From assembly GCA_002269645.1 (NCBI GenBank), contig NIVC01000032.1, forward strand, positions 620,001-684,000: DNA of 64,000 nucleotides, written 5' to 3'. Positions 1-11,562 of the stretch are shown here, in pieces. The stretch's first letter is position 1, and every line of letters begins with the position of its first letter. The notes below the pieces were generated by a model. It had not been told where the DNA came from and searched no databases. It was given only the letters and a program-made list of their open reading frames with translations. This DNA is from Macrostomum lignano (taxonomy: Eukaryota). A program made the translations under genes and the position numbers.

Positions 1-3000
1 ACAATTGTCGACGTGCCAGCGGGAGCCATCATTGAGGATGACGGTGGTGGCGCTCGCGATCCGGGAGATCTCACGAGGCTCGGACAGGCGGCTGCTTAGC
101 TTGCCGCGGGCGAACGGCCGCTTCACCCGCACCCAGTCGCCGACCATGAAAGTCGGCGGGGGTCTCCTGGTCGAGTTGAGCTGGTTGAAAACTCGCTGCT
201 GTTTCCGCTTGATGCCGGCCGCCAGTCTGTGCCGCGCTGCCGTCCTTGGCTGTAGGGCTGTCAGGGGAGTGCTGATCTTCCGGCCTGTCATCAGCTCCGC
301 CGGCGAAACTCCAGTCAGTGCATGCGGGGTGGCTCTGTACGACCACAGCAGTGCCTTCACCGCGTCCTTAAAGTCATAGCCCTCCTCCAAGTGCGTCTTG
401 AGGCCGTCCTTGAGAAACCGGTTGAAACGCTCCACCGCCGCGTTGCCCTGAGGGTGGTAGTGCGGCGACTGCCGATGCTGGATGCCACAGCGCCGGAGAA
501 AATCCTCGAAATCACCGGACACGAACTGAGGCCCTCCATCTGTGTTGATACGTACTCTTCGGCAGCCCCCAACGACTAAACCACGTTGTCAAGGCGTCGA
601 TGACATCAGCGCTTGTGATGGTTGACATGCAGGCAGCCTCCGGCCACTTTGAGTGCAAGTCGTACAGCACCAGGATGAAGCGGCAGGAGTTCGGAGCCGA
701 GTGCAGCTCCCCAAAGATGTCTAGCTGAAGCTCCTCCCATGGACGCGTCGGCCACTTTGTCGGGGTCAGAACCGTCTTGGATGGCTTGAAATTCTTCTCG
801 CTTAGCCGACAGGCCTCACAGTGCCGCACGAACTCCTCAATGTGCTGGTCGATTTGCGGCCACCAGACAGCGTCCCGACAGTGCTGCTTCATTCTGCTCA
901 CGCCGAGGTGTCCGAAGTGTGCCAGCTTCAGCGTCTTCTCTCTCAGGGATGCGGGGATCACCGCTCGAGTGCCGTTGGCCAGGCACTTGCCGTCATTCCA
1001 GGCCGTCAGCTGCATTCGAATCCTCCAGAACGGCTGCAACTCCGACCGCAGATGCTTGATGGAGCTCGGCCACCCCTGGAGCGTCAGAGCTATCACTTCG
1101 CTTATTACCGGGTCCTGCAGGGATGCCTCGGCCAACTCGCTTGCGCTGACAACCTCCAACGCGCCCGATAACAATACGGCATTCACCTGGTGCTCGGTCG
1201 GATCTTCAGCGCAATCTTCTCCGAAAGCGCCATGGCGTGACAAAAAGTCGGGCACGATGTTCTTCTTGCCGGGAACGTGGCACACTTGGAAGTCGTACGC
1301 GAGCAGGCGGTCGGCCCATCGGTGCAGCCGCAAAGGTCGGTGGCCGCTGCCTTGAGCCGTCAGCAGCGTCGTCAGAGCCTGGTGATCGGTGTGCAGTTCG
1401 AATCTCCGGCCGAACAGGAAGTAGTGCCAACGCTCGCAGGCGAAGATACATGCCAGCGCCTCTCTTTCTGACGCGGAGTACTTGCGCTCGGTCGCCGACA
1501 GAGTCCTCGACGCGAAAGCAACTGGCTTGCGAACGCCAGCGCTGTCTTCTTGCATCAACACGGCACCCAGAGCGTGCGCAGAGCTGTCGCAGGCCACGAT
1601 TATCTTGTCGTCGGGACAGAAGAATCGCAGGCACGTTGGAGACACTACCATTTTCTTAAGCCTCCAAAAGGCCTTCTGGCAGTCCGCTGTCCAGTTCCAA
1701 GGCTGGTCCTTGCGAAGTAGCTGCAGCAGCGGCTCGGCGATGTCGGATAGGTTGTGTAGGAAGTTCGAGTAAAACTTTACCATTCCGAGAAATGAGGCCA
1801 CCGCCTCGGTGTTCTGAGGCTCCGGCACCGCTTCGATGGCTTCCACATTGGACTGCATCGGCTGAAGGCCTCTCGCCGAGACGATGTAGCCCAGAAACTG
1901 CACGGACTCTGCAGCCCACTGGCACTTGGCGGTGTTAAGCGTTACGCCATGGGCGAGCAGCCGGTCCAGCACTGCCGTGAGCCGCCGCCGGTGCTCCGTC
2001 TCGTTGGCAGCATGCACAACGATATCATCAATGTAGTGCAGCGTCCCCAAACAGCCGTGGAGAATCTTACTAAGCACCTTCTGAAAGGCTGCTGGAGCGC
2101 TGTTAAGGCCGTAGCAGACGCGCTTGTACCGGTAAAGGCCTTTCTCCGTGATGAAGGCCGTTAGGTCCCGCCGGTCTTCCGCCAGTTCCAGCTGCAGGTA
2201 CGAAGAGTTCAAATCGAGCTTAGTGAACACGGTCGAGCCCTTGAACTCCGTCGTCAGCTCCTCGAAAGTTGGCAGCGGCTGCTTATCCGGCACTATAGCC
2301 TTGTTTGGACACCTGAGGTCGTTGCAGATTCTGATTTTACCTTCGGGCTTCGGGACGATCACCAGGTTCGAAATCCACTCGGAAGCTTGGATCTCCTCGA
2401 CGATGTCGTCTGCCAACAGCTGGTCGATCTCCGCCTGGACCTTGTCCTTAATGCTGAGTGGAATACGGCGGAGCGGCTGCGCTACCGGAGGCACGGCCGG
2501 GTTCAGCCTGGGCCGGTGCTCGAATCCTCGGATCCGCCCGAGCCCCTGCGCCAGAGGCTTGAAGCGCTCGGGAAGCCAGGTCGGCAGCTCTGCTGTTTTA
2601 TCGACTGTGCGCACCAGGTCGCCGTCCCTGTCCACCACCTGGAAGTTGAGGTGCTGCATCAAGTCCGCGCCCATGATATCGGAGCCTTGTTGCACCACGG
2701 TGAAGCAGAAAAACGGCACCTGCTGGTCTCGGTAGTTGACGGAAAGCACTGCCTCGCCCACTACACTGATCGCCTCGCCGTTGTACGCGATTAGCTTCTT
2801 GGTCGACGGCTGCAGTGGCACCCGGTTTCCGAGCTTTCTGAAGGTCTTTTCCGACAGGATGGACACCTTGGCTCCAGAGTCCACGAGCAGATTCAGCCAG
2901 GTGCCTTGCACCTTCAGCCGGCAGCGGATGTCGGCGCTGGCAGCACCGCGAACTGTGTACACGGCGTGGTCGCTATCGTCCACGACCTCGGCGACCTTGG

Positions 3001-3799
3001 CTCCCTGCGACCGGCAAACCCGGCCGAAATGGTTCGCCCGACCGCAGACATGGCACATCTTGCCTTCAGCTGGACAGCGAGTTCGGCTGGTGTGTCCGCC
3101 TCCGCACTTCGAGCAGCGCTCGCGATCCGCTGATCGCCTCTGACCTCCATCTTTCCTGTCGGCTTGCAGTCGGACTCTCTTCACCTCTTCTCCCAGCTGG
3201 GCTCCGGAAGCAGCTGCGCCTCCCATCTCGATCACGCCGGCCTCGGCGATGCTGGTCTCCCACTGCTGGCTCAGAGTCACGGCCTTCTGCAGGGTCAGAC
3301 CGTCCTCAATCAGCAGGCGCTCTCGAATTCGCCTGTCGCTGACCTTCTCCACGATCTGGTCCCGAATCATTTCTTCCATCATGTCGCGGAACTCACATGA
3401 GCCAGCTAGAGCATACAGGGCCGCCACAAAGTCCGCAATCTTTTCACCGGGACGCTGACTGCGCTGCCGAAACTTGTGGCGCTCGGCCACCACGTTGACT
3501 TTGACCCCGAACTACTCGTCCAGAATCGCGATTGTCGCAGCGAATCCTGTCGGAGCCGGAGTCCTCGTTGCCGCCACAGCCGTGAAGACTCGCTGGCCTT
3601 CAGCGCCCAGGCAGTGCAGCAGCAGCGCACGCCTCCTCGCCTCCGGCAGAGTGTCATAACCGGCCGCCAGCAGGTAATTGTCAAACAGAGACTTCCACTC
3701 TTTCCACGGCCTCGTCGGTCGGCCTGGCTGCGGCAGGAATTGATCTGGCGGCGATACGCTGATCCGCGGCGCTTCTGTTGAGGAATTGTCGCTTGCCAT
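1..3799 (-). pseudogene. Gag-Pol polyprotein with two lesions
   Basis: In-frame TAG at 3512-3514 inside the capsid (ILDE*FGVKVNVVAER). 4-bp insertion at 549-554 in the integrase; removing it gives WGLPKSINTDGGPQFVSGDFEDFLRRCGIQHRQSPHYHPQGNAAVERFN, which is open to base 1. Confidence 0.92.
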
Positions 3800-3827
3800 T
3801 TTAGTTTGCACTTTTGCAGTTTGGTGC

Positions 3828-4066
3828 TGTTGTAGCAACTTGTGTTGGCTTGGCGTGTGTTTTGCAGACACTTCACTCAGACTGACTCCAACCCCGGCTA
3901 ATAATGAATAAGCCAGCCAGTCTGCAAGTTTGTAGGCGAAACTCTCAAGCTCTCAAACTCAACGCGCTCTCACTTATATATCATATATTGTAATGCGATC
4001 GATAGCTAACAGATGTACAACGAACGTACACACAACTACACACACACATTGAGCAGCAACACAACA
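3828..4066 (-). repeat. Putative 5' LTR (239 bp)
   Basis: Ends TGTTGT...ACAACA, the same termini as the LTRs at 18068 and 22253. TATATAAG at 3980-3973. Ends 28 nt before the gag ATG. The partner LTR is outside the window, so this is unverified. Confidence 0.65.
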
Positions 4067-7000
4067 GGGGGGTCAAATCTGGGAGCTGAAAAAGGGGGGT
4101 CAAATCTGGGAGCTGAAAAAAGGGGAATGGTCAAATATGGGAGCTGAAATACGGGGGGGTCAGATCTGGCCATCTGGGAGCTGAATCGGGGGGGGGGGGT
4201 TAGATCCGGGAGATGAAGGGGGGTCAGATCTGGGAGCTGAATAAGGGGGGTCAAATCTGGGAGCTGAATAAGGGGCAAATCTGGGAGCTGAAATAAGGGG
4301 GGGGTCAGATCTGGCCATCTGGGAGCTGAATCGGGGGAGTCAGATCTGGGAGATGAATCAGTGAGGGTCAGATCTGGGAGCTGAAATGGGGGGGTCAAAT
4401 CTGGGAGCTGAAATGGGGGGGGGGGTAAAATCGTGGAGCTGAATAAGGAGCGGCAAATTCGGGAGCTGAAATGGGGGGGTCAAATCTGGGAGCTGAAAAA
4501 GGGGGGTCAAATCTGGGAGCTGAAAAAGGGGGAGGGATCAAATATGGGAGCTGAAATACGGGGGGTCAGATCTGGCCATCTGGGAGCTGAATCGGGGGGG
4601 GGGGTTAGATCCGGGAGATGAAGGGGGGTCAGATCTGGGAGCTGAATAAGGGGGGTCAAATCTGGGAGCTGAATAAGGGGGGTCAGATCTGGGAGCTGAA
4701 TAAGGGGGGTCAAATCTGGGAGCTGAATAAGGGGGGGGTCAGATCTGGGAGCTGAAATAGGGGGTCAGATCTGGGAGCTGAATAAGGGGGGTCAGATCTG
4801 GGAGCTGAAATAGGGGGTTAAATCTGGGAGCTGAAATAGGGGGGTCAGATCTGGGAGCTGAATAAGGAGGGTCAGATCTGGGAGCTGAAATAGGGGGGGG
4901 GGTCAGATCTGGCCATCTGGGAGCTGAGTCGGGGGGGGCGGAGGTTAGATCTGGGAGCTTAATCGGGGGGAGGTCAGATCTAGGAGCTGAAAAAGGGGGC
5001 TCAAATCTGGGAGCTAAATAAGGGGGGGGTCAGATCTAGGAACTGAAATAGGGGGGTCAGATTTGGGAGCTGAAATAGGGGGGGGGTCAGAGCTGGCCAT
5101 CTGGGAGATGAATCGGGGGGGTCAAATCTTGGAGCTGAATAAGGGGCAAATCTGGGAGCTGAATAAGCGGGGGGTCAGATCTGGCCATCTGGGAGCTGAA
5201 TCGGGGGGGTCAAATCTGGGAGCTGAAAAAGGGGGGTCAAATCTGGGAGCTGAAAAAGGGGGAGGGGTCAAATCTGGGAGCTGAAATGGGGGGGGGGGTA
5301 AAATCGTGGAGCTGAATAAGGAGTGGCAAATTCGGGAGCTGAAATGGGGGGTCAAATCTGGGAGCTGAAAAAGGGGGGTCAAATCTGGGAGCTGAAAAAA
5401 GGGGAATGGTCAAATATGGGAGCTGAAATACGGGGGGGTCAGATCTGGCCATCTGGGAGCTGAATCGGGGGGGGGGTTAGATCCGGGAGATGAAGGGGGG
5501 TCAGATCTGGGAGCTGAATAAGGGGGGTCAAATCTGGGAGCTGAATAAGGGGGGTCAGATCTGGGAGCTGAATAAGGGGGGTCAAATCTGGGAGCTGAAT
5601 AAGGGGGGTCAGATCTGGGAGCTGAATAAGGGGGTCAAATCTGGAAGCTGAATAAGGGGGGGTCAGATCTGGGAGCTGAAATAGGGGGGTCAGATCTGGG
5701 AGCTGAATAAGGGGGGGTCAGATCTGGGAGCTGAAATAGGGGGGTTAAATCTGGGAGCTGAAATAGGGGGGTTAAATCTGGGAGCTGAAATAGGGGGGTC
5801 AGATCTGGGAGCTGAATAAGGGGGGGTCAGATCTGGGAGCTGAAATAGGGGGGGGGTCAGATCTGGCCATCTGGGAGCTGAGTCGGGGGGGGGGGCGGAG
5901 GTTAGATCTGGGAGCTTAATCGGGGGAGGTCAGATCTGGGAGCTGAAAAAGAGGGCTCAAATCTGGGAGCTATATAAGGGGGGGTCAGATCTAGGAACTG
6001 AAATAGGGGGGTCGGATTTGGGAGCTGAAATAGGGGGGGTCAGAGCTGGCCATCTGGGAGATGAATCGGGGGGGTCAAATCTTGGAGCTGAATAAGGGGC
6101 AAATCTGGGAGCTGAATAAGGGGGGGTCAGATCTGGGAGCTGAATAAGGGGGGGGGTCAGATCTGGCCATCTGGGAGCTGAGTCGGGGGGGGGGGCGGAG
6201 GTTAGATCTGGGAGCTTAATCGGGGGGAGGTCAGATCTGGGAGCTGAAAAAGAGGGCTCAAATCTGGGAGCTATATAAGGGGGGGTCAGATCTAGGAACT
6301 GAAATAGGGGGGTCGGATTTGGGAGCTGAAATAGGGGGGTCAGAGCTGGCCATCTGGGAGATGAATCGGGGGGTCAAATCTTGGAGCTGAATAAGGGGCA
6401 AATCTGGGAGCTGAATAAGGGGGGTCAAATCTGGGAGCTGAATAAGGGGGGGGGTCAGATCTGGGAGCTGAATCGGGGGGTTAGATCTGGGAGATGAATC
6501 AGTGAGGGTCAGATCTGGGAGCTGAAATGGGGGGTCAAATCTGGGAGCTGAAAAAGGGGGTCAAATCTGGGAGCTGAAAAAGGGGGAGGGGTCAAATATG
6601 GGAGCTGAAATAGGGGGGTCAGATCTGGCCATCTGGGAGCTGAATCGAGGGGGGGTTAGATCTGGGGTATGAATCGTTGGGGGTCAGTTGTGGGACCGGA
6701 ATCGGGGGGGGTCAGATCTGGGAGCTTAAATAGGGGGGGGGGTCAAATCTAGGAGCTTAAATAGGGGGGGTCAGATCTGGGAGCTGAAATAGGGGGGTCA
6801 GATCTGGGAGCTGAAATAGGGGGTTCAGATCTGGGAGCTGAAATAGGGGGGTCAGATCTGGGAGCTGAAATAGGGGAGGGGGTTAGATCTGGGGTATGAA
6901 TCGTTAGGGGGTCAGTTGTGGGACCGGAATCGGGGGGGTCAGATCTGGGAGCTGAATAAGGGGGGGTCAAATCTAGGAGCTTAAATAGGGGGGTCAGATC

Positions 7001-7399
7001 TGGGAGCTGAAATAGGGGGTCAGATCTGGGAGCTGAAATAGGGGGGTCAGATCTGGGAGCTGAAATAGGGGGGTCAGATCTGGGAGCTGAAATAGGGGGG
7101 GGGGTCAGATCTGGGAGCTGAAATAAGGGGGGTCAGATCTGGGAGCCTAAATAGGGGGGGTCAGATCTGGGAGCTGAAATAAGGGGGGTCAGATCTGGGA
7201 GCCTAAATAGGGGGGTCAGATCTGGGAGCTGAAATAGGGGGGGGGTCAGATCTGGGAGCTTAAATAGGGGGGGTCAGATCTGGGAGCTGAAATAGGGGGG
7301 TCAGATCTGGGAGCTGAATAAGGGGGGTCAGATCTGGGAGCTGAAATAGGGGATCAGATCTGGGAGCTGAAATAGGGGGGGTCAAATCTAGGAGCTTAA
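4067..7399. repeat. G-rich minisatellite, about 22-27 bp unit GGGGGGTCAGATCTGGGAGCTGAAATA
   Basis: About 3.3 kb tandem array with variable G-run length and recurring multi-unit blocks. Confidence 0.95.
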
Positions 7400-7445
7400 T
7401 AAAAATTTAAGGGTAAGCTTTTGAGACTGAGCTTTAGCTACAAAA

Positions 7446-7676
7446 CTACAGTGCAGTTGTGGAGGCTTTGGTGCGGAGTCGAGTCAGGACTCACGGTTGC
7501 CTCACGGCGAATCTGACATACGGTAAGATTATTTAGCTGAGCTCAATCGAACAATAGAAATATAGATTTTTTGCAGGCAGTTCTGCTCTCCTTGTGCAAC
7601 AGCTTGGCGTAAACGAAGCGAGACGTAAAAATGCTAGACTTTGAATGCTTCATTGAGTCATATGACGTGCTACTCC
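7446..7676 (+). repeat. Duplicated block X (paralog at 17755-17980)
   Basis: Shares CTACAGTGCAGTTGTGGAGGCTTTGGTGCGGAGT, GTAAGATTATTTA, TTGCAGG.AGTTCTGCTC and GCTAGACTTTGAATGCTTCA with 17755-17980. Confidence 0.85.
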
Positions 7677-8348
7677 GCTACAAAACGTAGCCAACCCTTC
7701 TGGTTTTCAATTTGAGTCGGGGGAAGGGTAAGCTATTCGAGGTTCCTCCACACTGGTCTAAACGCTTTTAAGCTTGCAAATTGCTTTCTATACAAAGTCT
7801 TCAGACGTCAGTCTGCAAATATTCTCGCCAATTGTTCTTGGTGAGTTCTCGCAACAGTTCTCAAAGCGAGTCGTATAAAGAACGCGGCCACCAGAAAAAT
7901 AAACTCACTCCCTACTATGGAGAAGGGCGACGAGCTACAGCAAGGCGGCGACATGAGCTACCAAGTGAGACCATTGAGTTTAATATATCGCAGTGTACTG
8001 TATTTGTCTCATTGCTCAAATAGATAGGTGTAGCTTTCGTTGGAGCTTCATACATTTTTTGTAGAAAAAATCGAATTTTAGTTACGAAAAAACGTCGTGC
8101 AGACTTTTAAAAGCTCTGCGGTTAGAGCGTCGTCTGCATGACTCTCCATTCCCAATTCGTCAAGGCCAAGGCAACACCTGAAATTCGTGGAAGTGTTCCT
8201 AGTGGTCCTTGGAGTGTACAATTAGAGTGTAGGATTAGACTAAGCCCCACCCACAATCACATTAAATGTCCCTCCAAAGTCACATACTGCATGGATTACT
8301 ATAGTAAGGCCTTAGTAAGGGCGTAAAATGTGGCATTAGCTGTCTGAC

Positions 8349-8831
8349 ATGACTCTTCCTCACCCTCCAACCTGCCAGCAGCCATCTTACGCTTATTCCA
8401 ATCCGGTACTGACTCAGCCTCAGCCGCAGCAGATGCAGATGAACAGTCAAGTGAACATCACAATGAGCACAACGGACCAATCGAAAAAGTTTGATCATCC
8501 TCGCGATTGGACGTCCGGTCTCTGCGGCTGCTGCGAGGACTTCTCTTCCTGCTGCTGCATCTGGCTGTGCGGGCCCTGCTACCTGTGCTGTTGTCTGTCC
8601 GAACGAATGGGCGAGAGCTGCTGCACCCCAGTCTGCCTGTCCTGCGCCCATCCGGGCATGTTCCTGCCTGTGCTGCTCTATCGGACAAAACTCCGCTCCA
8701 AGTACAACATCAGAGGTAGCGCTATTGACGACTGCTGCTGCGCGATGTGCTGCTCGGCCTGCACCGCCTGCCAGATTAAACGGGAGCTCGACTACATTGA
8801 GCGATCCACCGGTCTGGCCGCGTTTGCTTAG
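8349..8831 (+). CDS. PLAC8: PLAC8/cornifelin-family Cys-rich protein, 160 aa, intronless CDS
   Basis: DWTSGLCGCCED...CGPC...YRTKLRSKYNIRGSAIDDCCCAMCCSACTACQIKREL matches the PLAC8 domain signature. Confidence 0.9.
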   Translation: MTLPHPPTCQQPSYAYSNPVLTQPQPQQMQMNSQVNITMSTTDQSKKFDHPRDWTSGLCGCCEDFSSCCCIWLCGPCYLCCCLSERMGESCCTPVCLSCAHPGMFLPVLLYRTKLRSKYNIRGSAIDDCCCAMCCSACTACQIKRELDYIERSTGLAAFA

Positions 8832-9522
8832 AATAATGAGCAAGATTAAAACAAAAATGATGCCGATTTACCGTCGTAAAACAAAACGTAATGTTACTTT
8901 ATCATCAAAGCGTTTGCATGGCATCTAACTTGTGTGAAAGTCAACGCAACACCTTAAAACAACTCAACTTTTTTCTCCAAAACAAATGCCCAGACTTCAA
9001 ATATGAGCGTAAATTCCATAGATTTAGATTTATTGTGATCATATCATAATCGTGGTGTCTGTATGTTCTTACATAATCTATAGTGGTCCGTGGTGCGTCG
9101 CGTAGCTACAAGTACATTGATTTTAACAAACTGATAAACAAATAATAATTACGTGTACATACTAAAGCAGTAGGTTTCCTCTCGAAGATTAATTGTTTCA
9201 TTTTTTAGTAAGTTCGAGTGAATAATCAGCTTGTTGAAGATAATCACCAACTTATATGACTCCCATAAATGCGGTTGACACCTCGTCAAGCTCAATCAAT
9301 TGTTACTGGTAGCAACTCGCATCACTGGGTGATAGATTGCTGTATTGTCCCTGATATTTTTGTGAAACTAAAACTATTAAAGAATTAAAAAATAAACTTT
9401 CAATACGAGCTATTTTAGTACACTGTCGGTAGACTGAAACGCGTTTATTAAAAATGTCTTCGTGTACTTTTATGAGAACAGTTTTACGATCTGAATAAAT
9501 AAGTTAGAAAACGCCTCTTGTA

Positions 9523-10480
9523 CGAGTGTCATCCCAAAAGTTTCAGCAAACGCCTATTAATTTTCAACAAACGAGTGTCAGAACAATGAACATGTCAAAA
9601 ACCTTCAAAATAACTTCCGTTGACTTGAATTGTGCGCTCCCAGCGGCCAGGCAACTTCTGAATGCCGTCAGCAGCGCTGGATTCGCACAGGTCTTTTGCA
9701 ATGCGGCCGACCTCGCTGATCAGGTCATCCAGGCAATGGAAACGACGCCCTCGGAGCTGGTTATTAAGCTTCGGAAAAAGGTCGAAATCGCAGGGACTGA
9801 GGTCTGGGGAGTAAGGAGGATGAGGCAGCACCTCCCACTGGTAGTCCCGCAGTAGGTCCTGCACAATGCGGGCTGTGTGCGAACTGGCATTGTCGTGCAG
9901 AAGAAGTGGACCAAGTTCCAGGGTCTGTGGCCGCTTTTTGCGCAAGGCAGGCCGAAGATGGTGAATAATGAAGCTCGACGAGGGGATTCCGGACAGCTCA
10001 GTCATTTCTTCGCATGTCCAACGGCGATCGATGTTCAGCAGCCCTTGGATCAAACTCGATGTTCAACTCTGTGCGAGCTTCTTTTGGCCTTCCTCGTCCT
10101 CGACATCATCCTCGACATCAGAGCGGCCATTCTTGAATCGACTGTACCAGTCGTACACGGCTCGCTGGCTCATCGCATTTGGCCCATGGGCCTGCAGCAA
10201 CTGACGGTGAATTTGAGCTGCAGGGACACCACGAAGACATTCCGTTTTAATGTATGAGCGCTGCTCCAAGTTCGACGGAAATTCCATTTTATCGTTGTCG
10301 GCCGATGTTTGATTTAGTATCTCACAAAATGTTCTTTAGAAAATAGAATTTGCAGCTAGAATGCTAAAAACTTAGAGACCCGAAATATGCTCATCTTTCG
10401 TGTGGTATAAGTGCTGTAGTCCTAAAAGTTGTCTATGGCACAAAATCATTCGATTGCTGAAACTTTTGGGATGACCCTCG
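9523..10480 (-). mobile_element. Mariner (D34D) DNA transposon, internally deleted, 958 bp
   Basis: 27-bp TIRs CGAG(T/G)GTCATCCCAAAAGTTTCAGCAA at 9523-9549 and 10454-10480 (1 mismatch). TA TSD at 9521-22 and 10481-82. Transposase remnants: HTH N-terminus (10287-10063) and HDNA-x-HPPYSPDLSPCDF with 34-residue spacing. WVPHEL and the first catalytic Asp are deleted. Confidence 0.95.
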
Positions 10481-10896
10481 TATACTGGCAGCTTGATAAA
10501 AATAGCTCATACAAAAAAGCAACAACCAAAAGTGGAGTAAAAGTTAATCGCAGATGATAAAAAAATCAATTAATTTGCAATTGGATTTTTTATATAGCTT
10601 ACAAATTTCGCCTGTCACAGTCTGATAGCAGAGTCCGTCAGTAAATCGATTAAGTCAACTCCATCGCCTCTTTAATTTATCTATCGGTAATTACGAGTAT
10701 CTCATCTCTGCTTCATTGATTGATTTATTACATACCAATGCTGGCCTTGTTGAGTTCTTTATGATCTATCTAAACACCGACATTCCTTATCTCTATTAGC
10801 GACATTTACTCTTTGCATCGTCTCCCTGTCATAATGAGTTCAATCAAACGTGAGTCTCTATTGAATTTTGATTTTTCTGAGTGTCTTTATTAATCC

Positions 10897-11562
10897 TCAC
10901 GGTCTGTAGGTTGGTGGCGGTGGTAGCTGCTCTCCGCGGTTGTCGCTTGCTCCAGCTTCGTGATACGGCGGCGGCTGGGGCGCTTCATCAGCAGCTGCCG
11001 CATCGGTAGTTTTGCCGCTCCTTTGCTGCTGTCTTCTACTAGGAGAAGAAGACATTGACAAAGCTGGCGGCGCAGACGGAGCAGCTAAGTACTGTTGGCT
11101 GGCATCAACGGACGAGGGTGCAGAGACGGAGCCATAGTACCGATGCTGGTACTGCTGATGCTGCTTGCCGGACTCGCAGCAAACGTACGGAATTCTACGC
11201 CTCGATCGTCGATCTCGACAGGGTGCACAGCAGCAGCAGCAGCAGCAGGTGCAGCACACCAGCAAGATGAAAGCAATGCCGCAAGCCATGAGCACCACAG
11301 CCCAGGTCTCGTGCAGGTAGTGACTGGCCGTACATTGGTAAGAATTCCTCACGGCTGTATCGTAACTGTACCGACACGAACTGCAGCAGTACTGACCTTC
11401 CAGCGGCTCTTCGAAATCTTGCAGGCAGCAGTACAGCGGACACTTCAGCCGCCAAGGCCCGTAGCCTGGACATTGCTGCTGTTGGGCGGTCACGTGACCA
11501 ACTGATGATGCTAAAAACAGTATCGAAAGCAGCAACAAACTCAACTGCAACTTTGACGTCAT
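10897..11562 (-). CDS. Shisa/WBP1/VOPP1-like single-pass membrane protein with PY motifs, about 221 aa
   Basis: From ATG 11562: signal peptide (MTSKLQLSLLLLSILFLASSVGHVTA), Cys-rich ectodomain, TM helix (WAVVLMACGIAFILLV), Cys string CCTCCCCCCCAPC, basic stop-transfer RDRRSRRR, and cytoplasmic PPPY and PPPPTY. The upstream extension to 11811 is probably not coding. Confidence 0.75.
   Translation of the reverse strand: MTSKLQLSLLLLSILFLASSVGHVTAQQQQCPGYGPWRLKCPLYCCLQDFEEPLEGQYCCSSCRYSYDTAVRNSYQCTASHYLHETWAVVLMACGIAFILLVCCTCCCCCCCAPCRDRRSRRRIPYVCCESGKQHQQYQHRYYGSVSAPSSVDASQQYLAAPSAPPALSMSSSPSRRQQQRSGKTTDAAAADEAPQPPPYHEAGASDNRGEQLPPPPTYRP

Larger units (their letters stand above)
1..4066 (-). 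mobile_element. Ty3/Gypsy LTR retrotransposon (K02A2.6/Mag-like), 3' end beyond the window edge
   Basis: Single gag-pol frame from ATG 3799. Motifs: capsid (NVVAERHKFRQR), zinc knuckle CHVCGRANHFGRVC, protease LLVDSGA, RT YIDD, RNase H (CDSS/EREALA/TDHQAL), integrase HHCC and D..D35E (LDIFG, TDGGPQF, AVERFN). Putative 5' LTR at 3828-4066. Confidence 0.96.

Noticed and set aside
5-3781. Numerous plus-strand ORFs over the first Gypsy
   Set aside because: Antisense shadows of the GC-rich gag-pol frame with no domain signatures.
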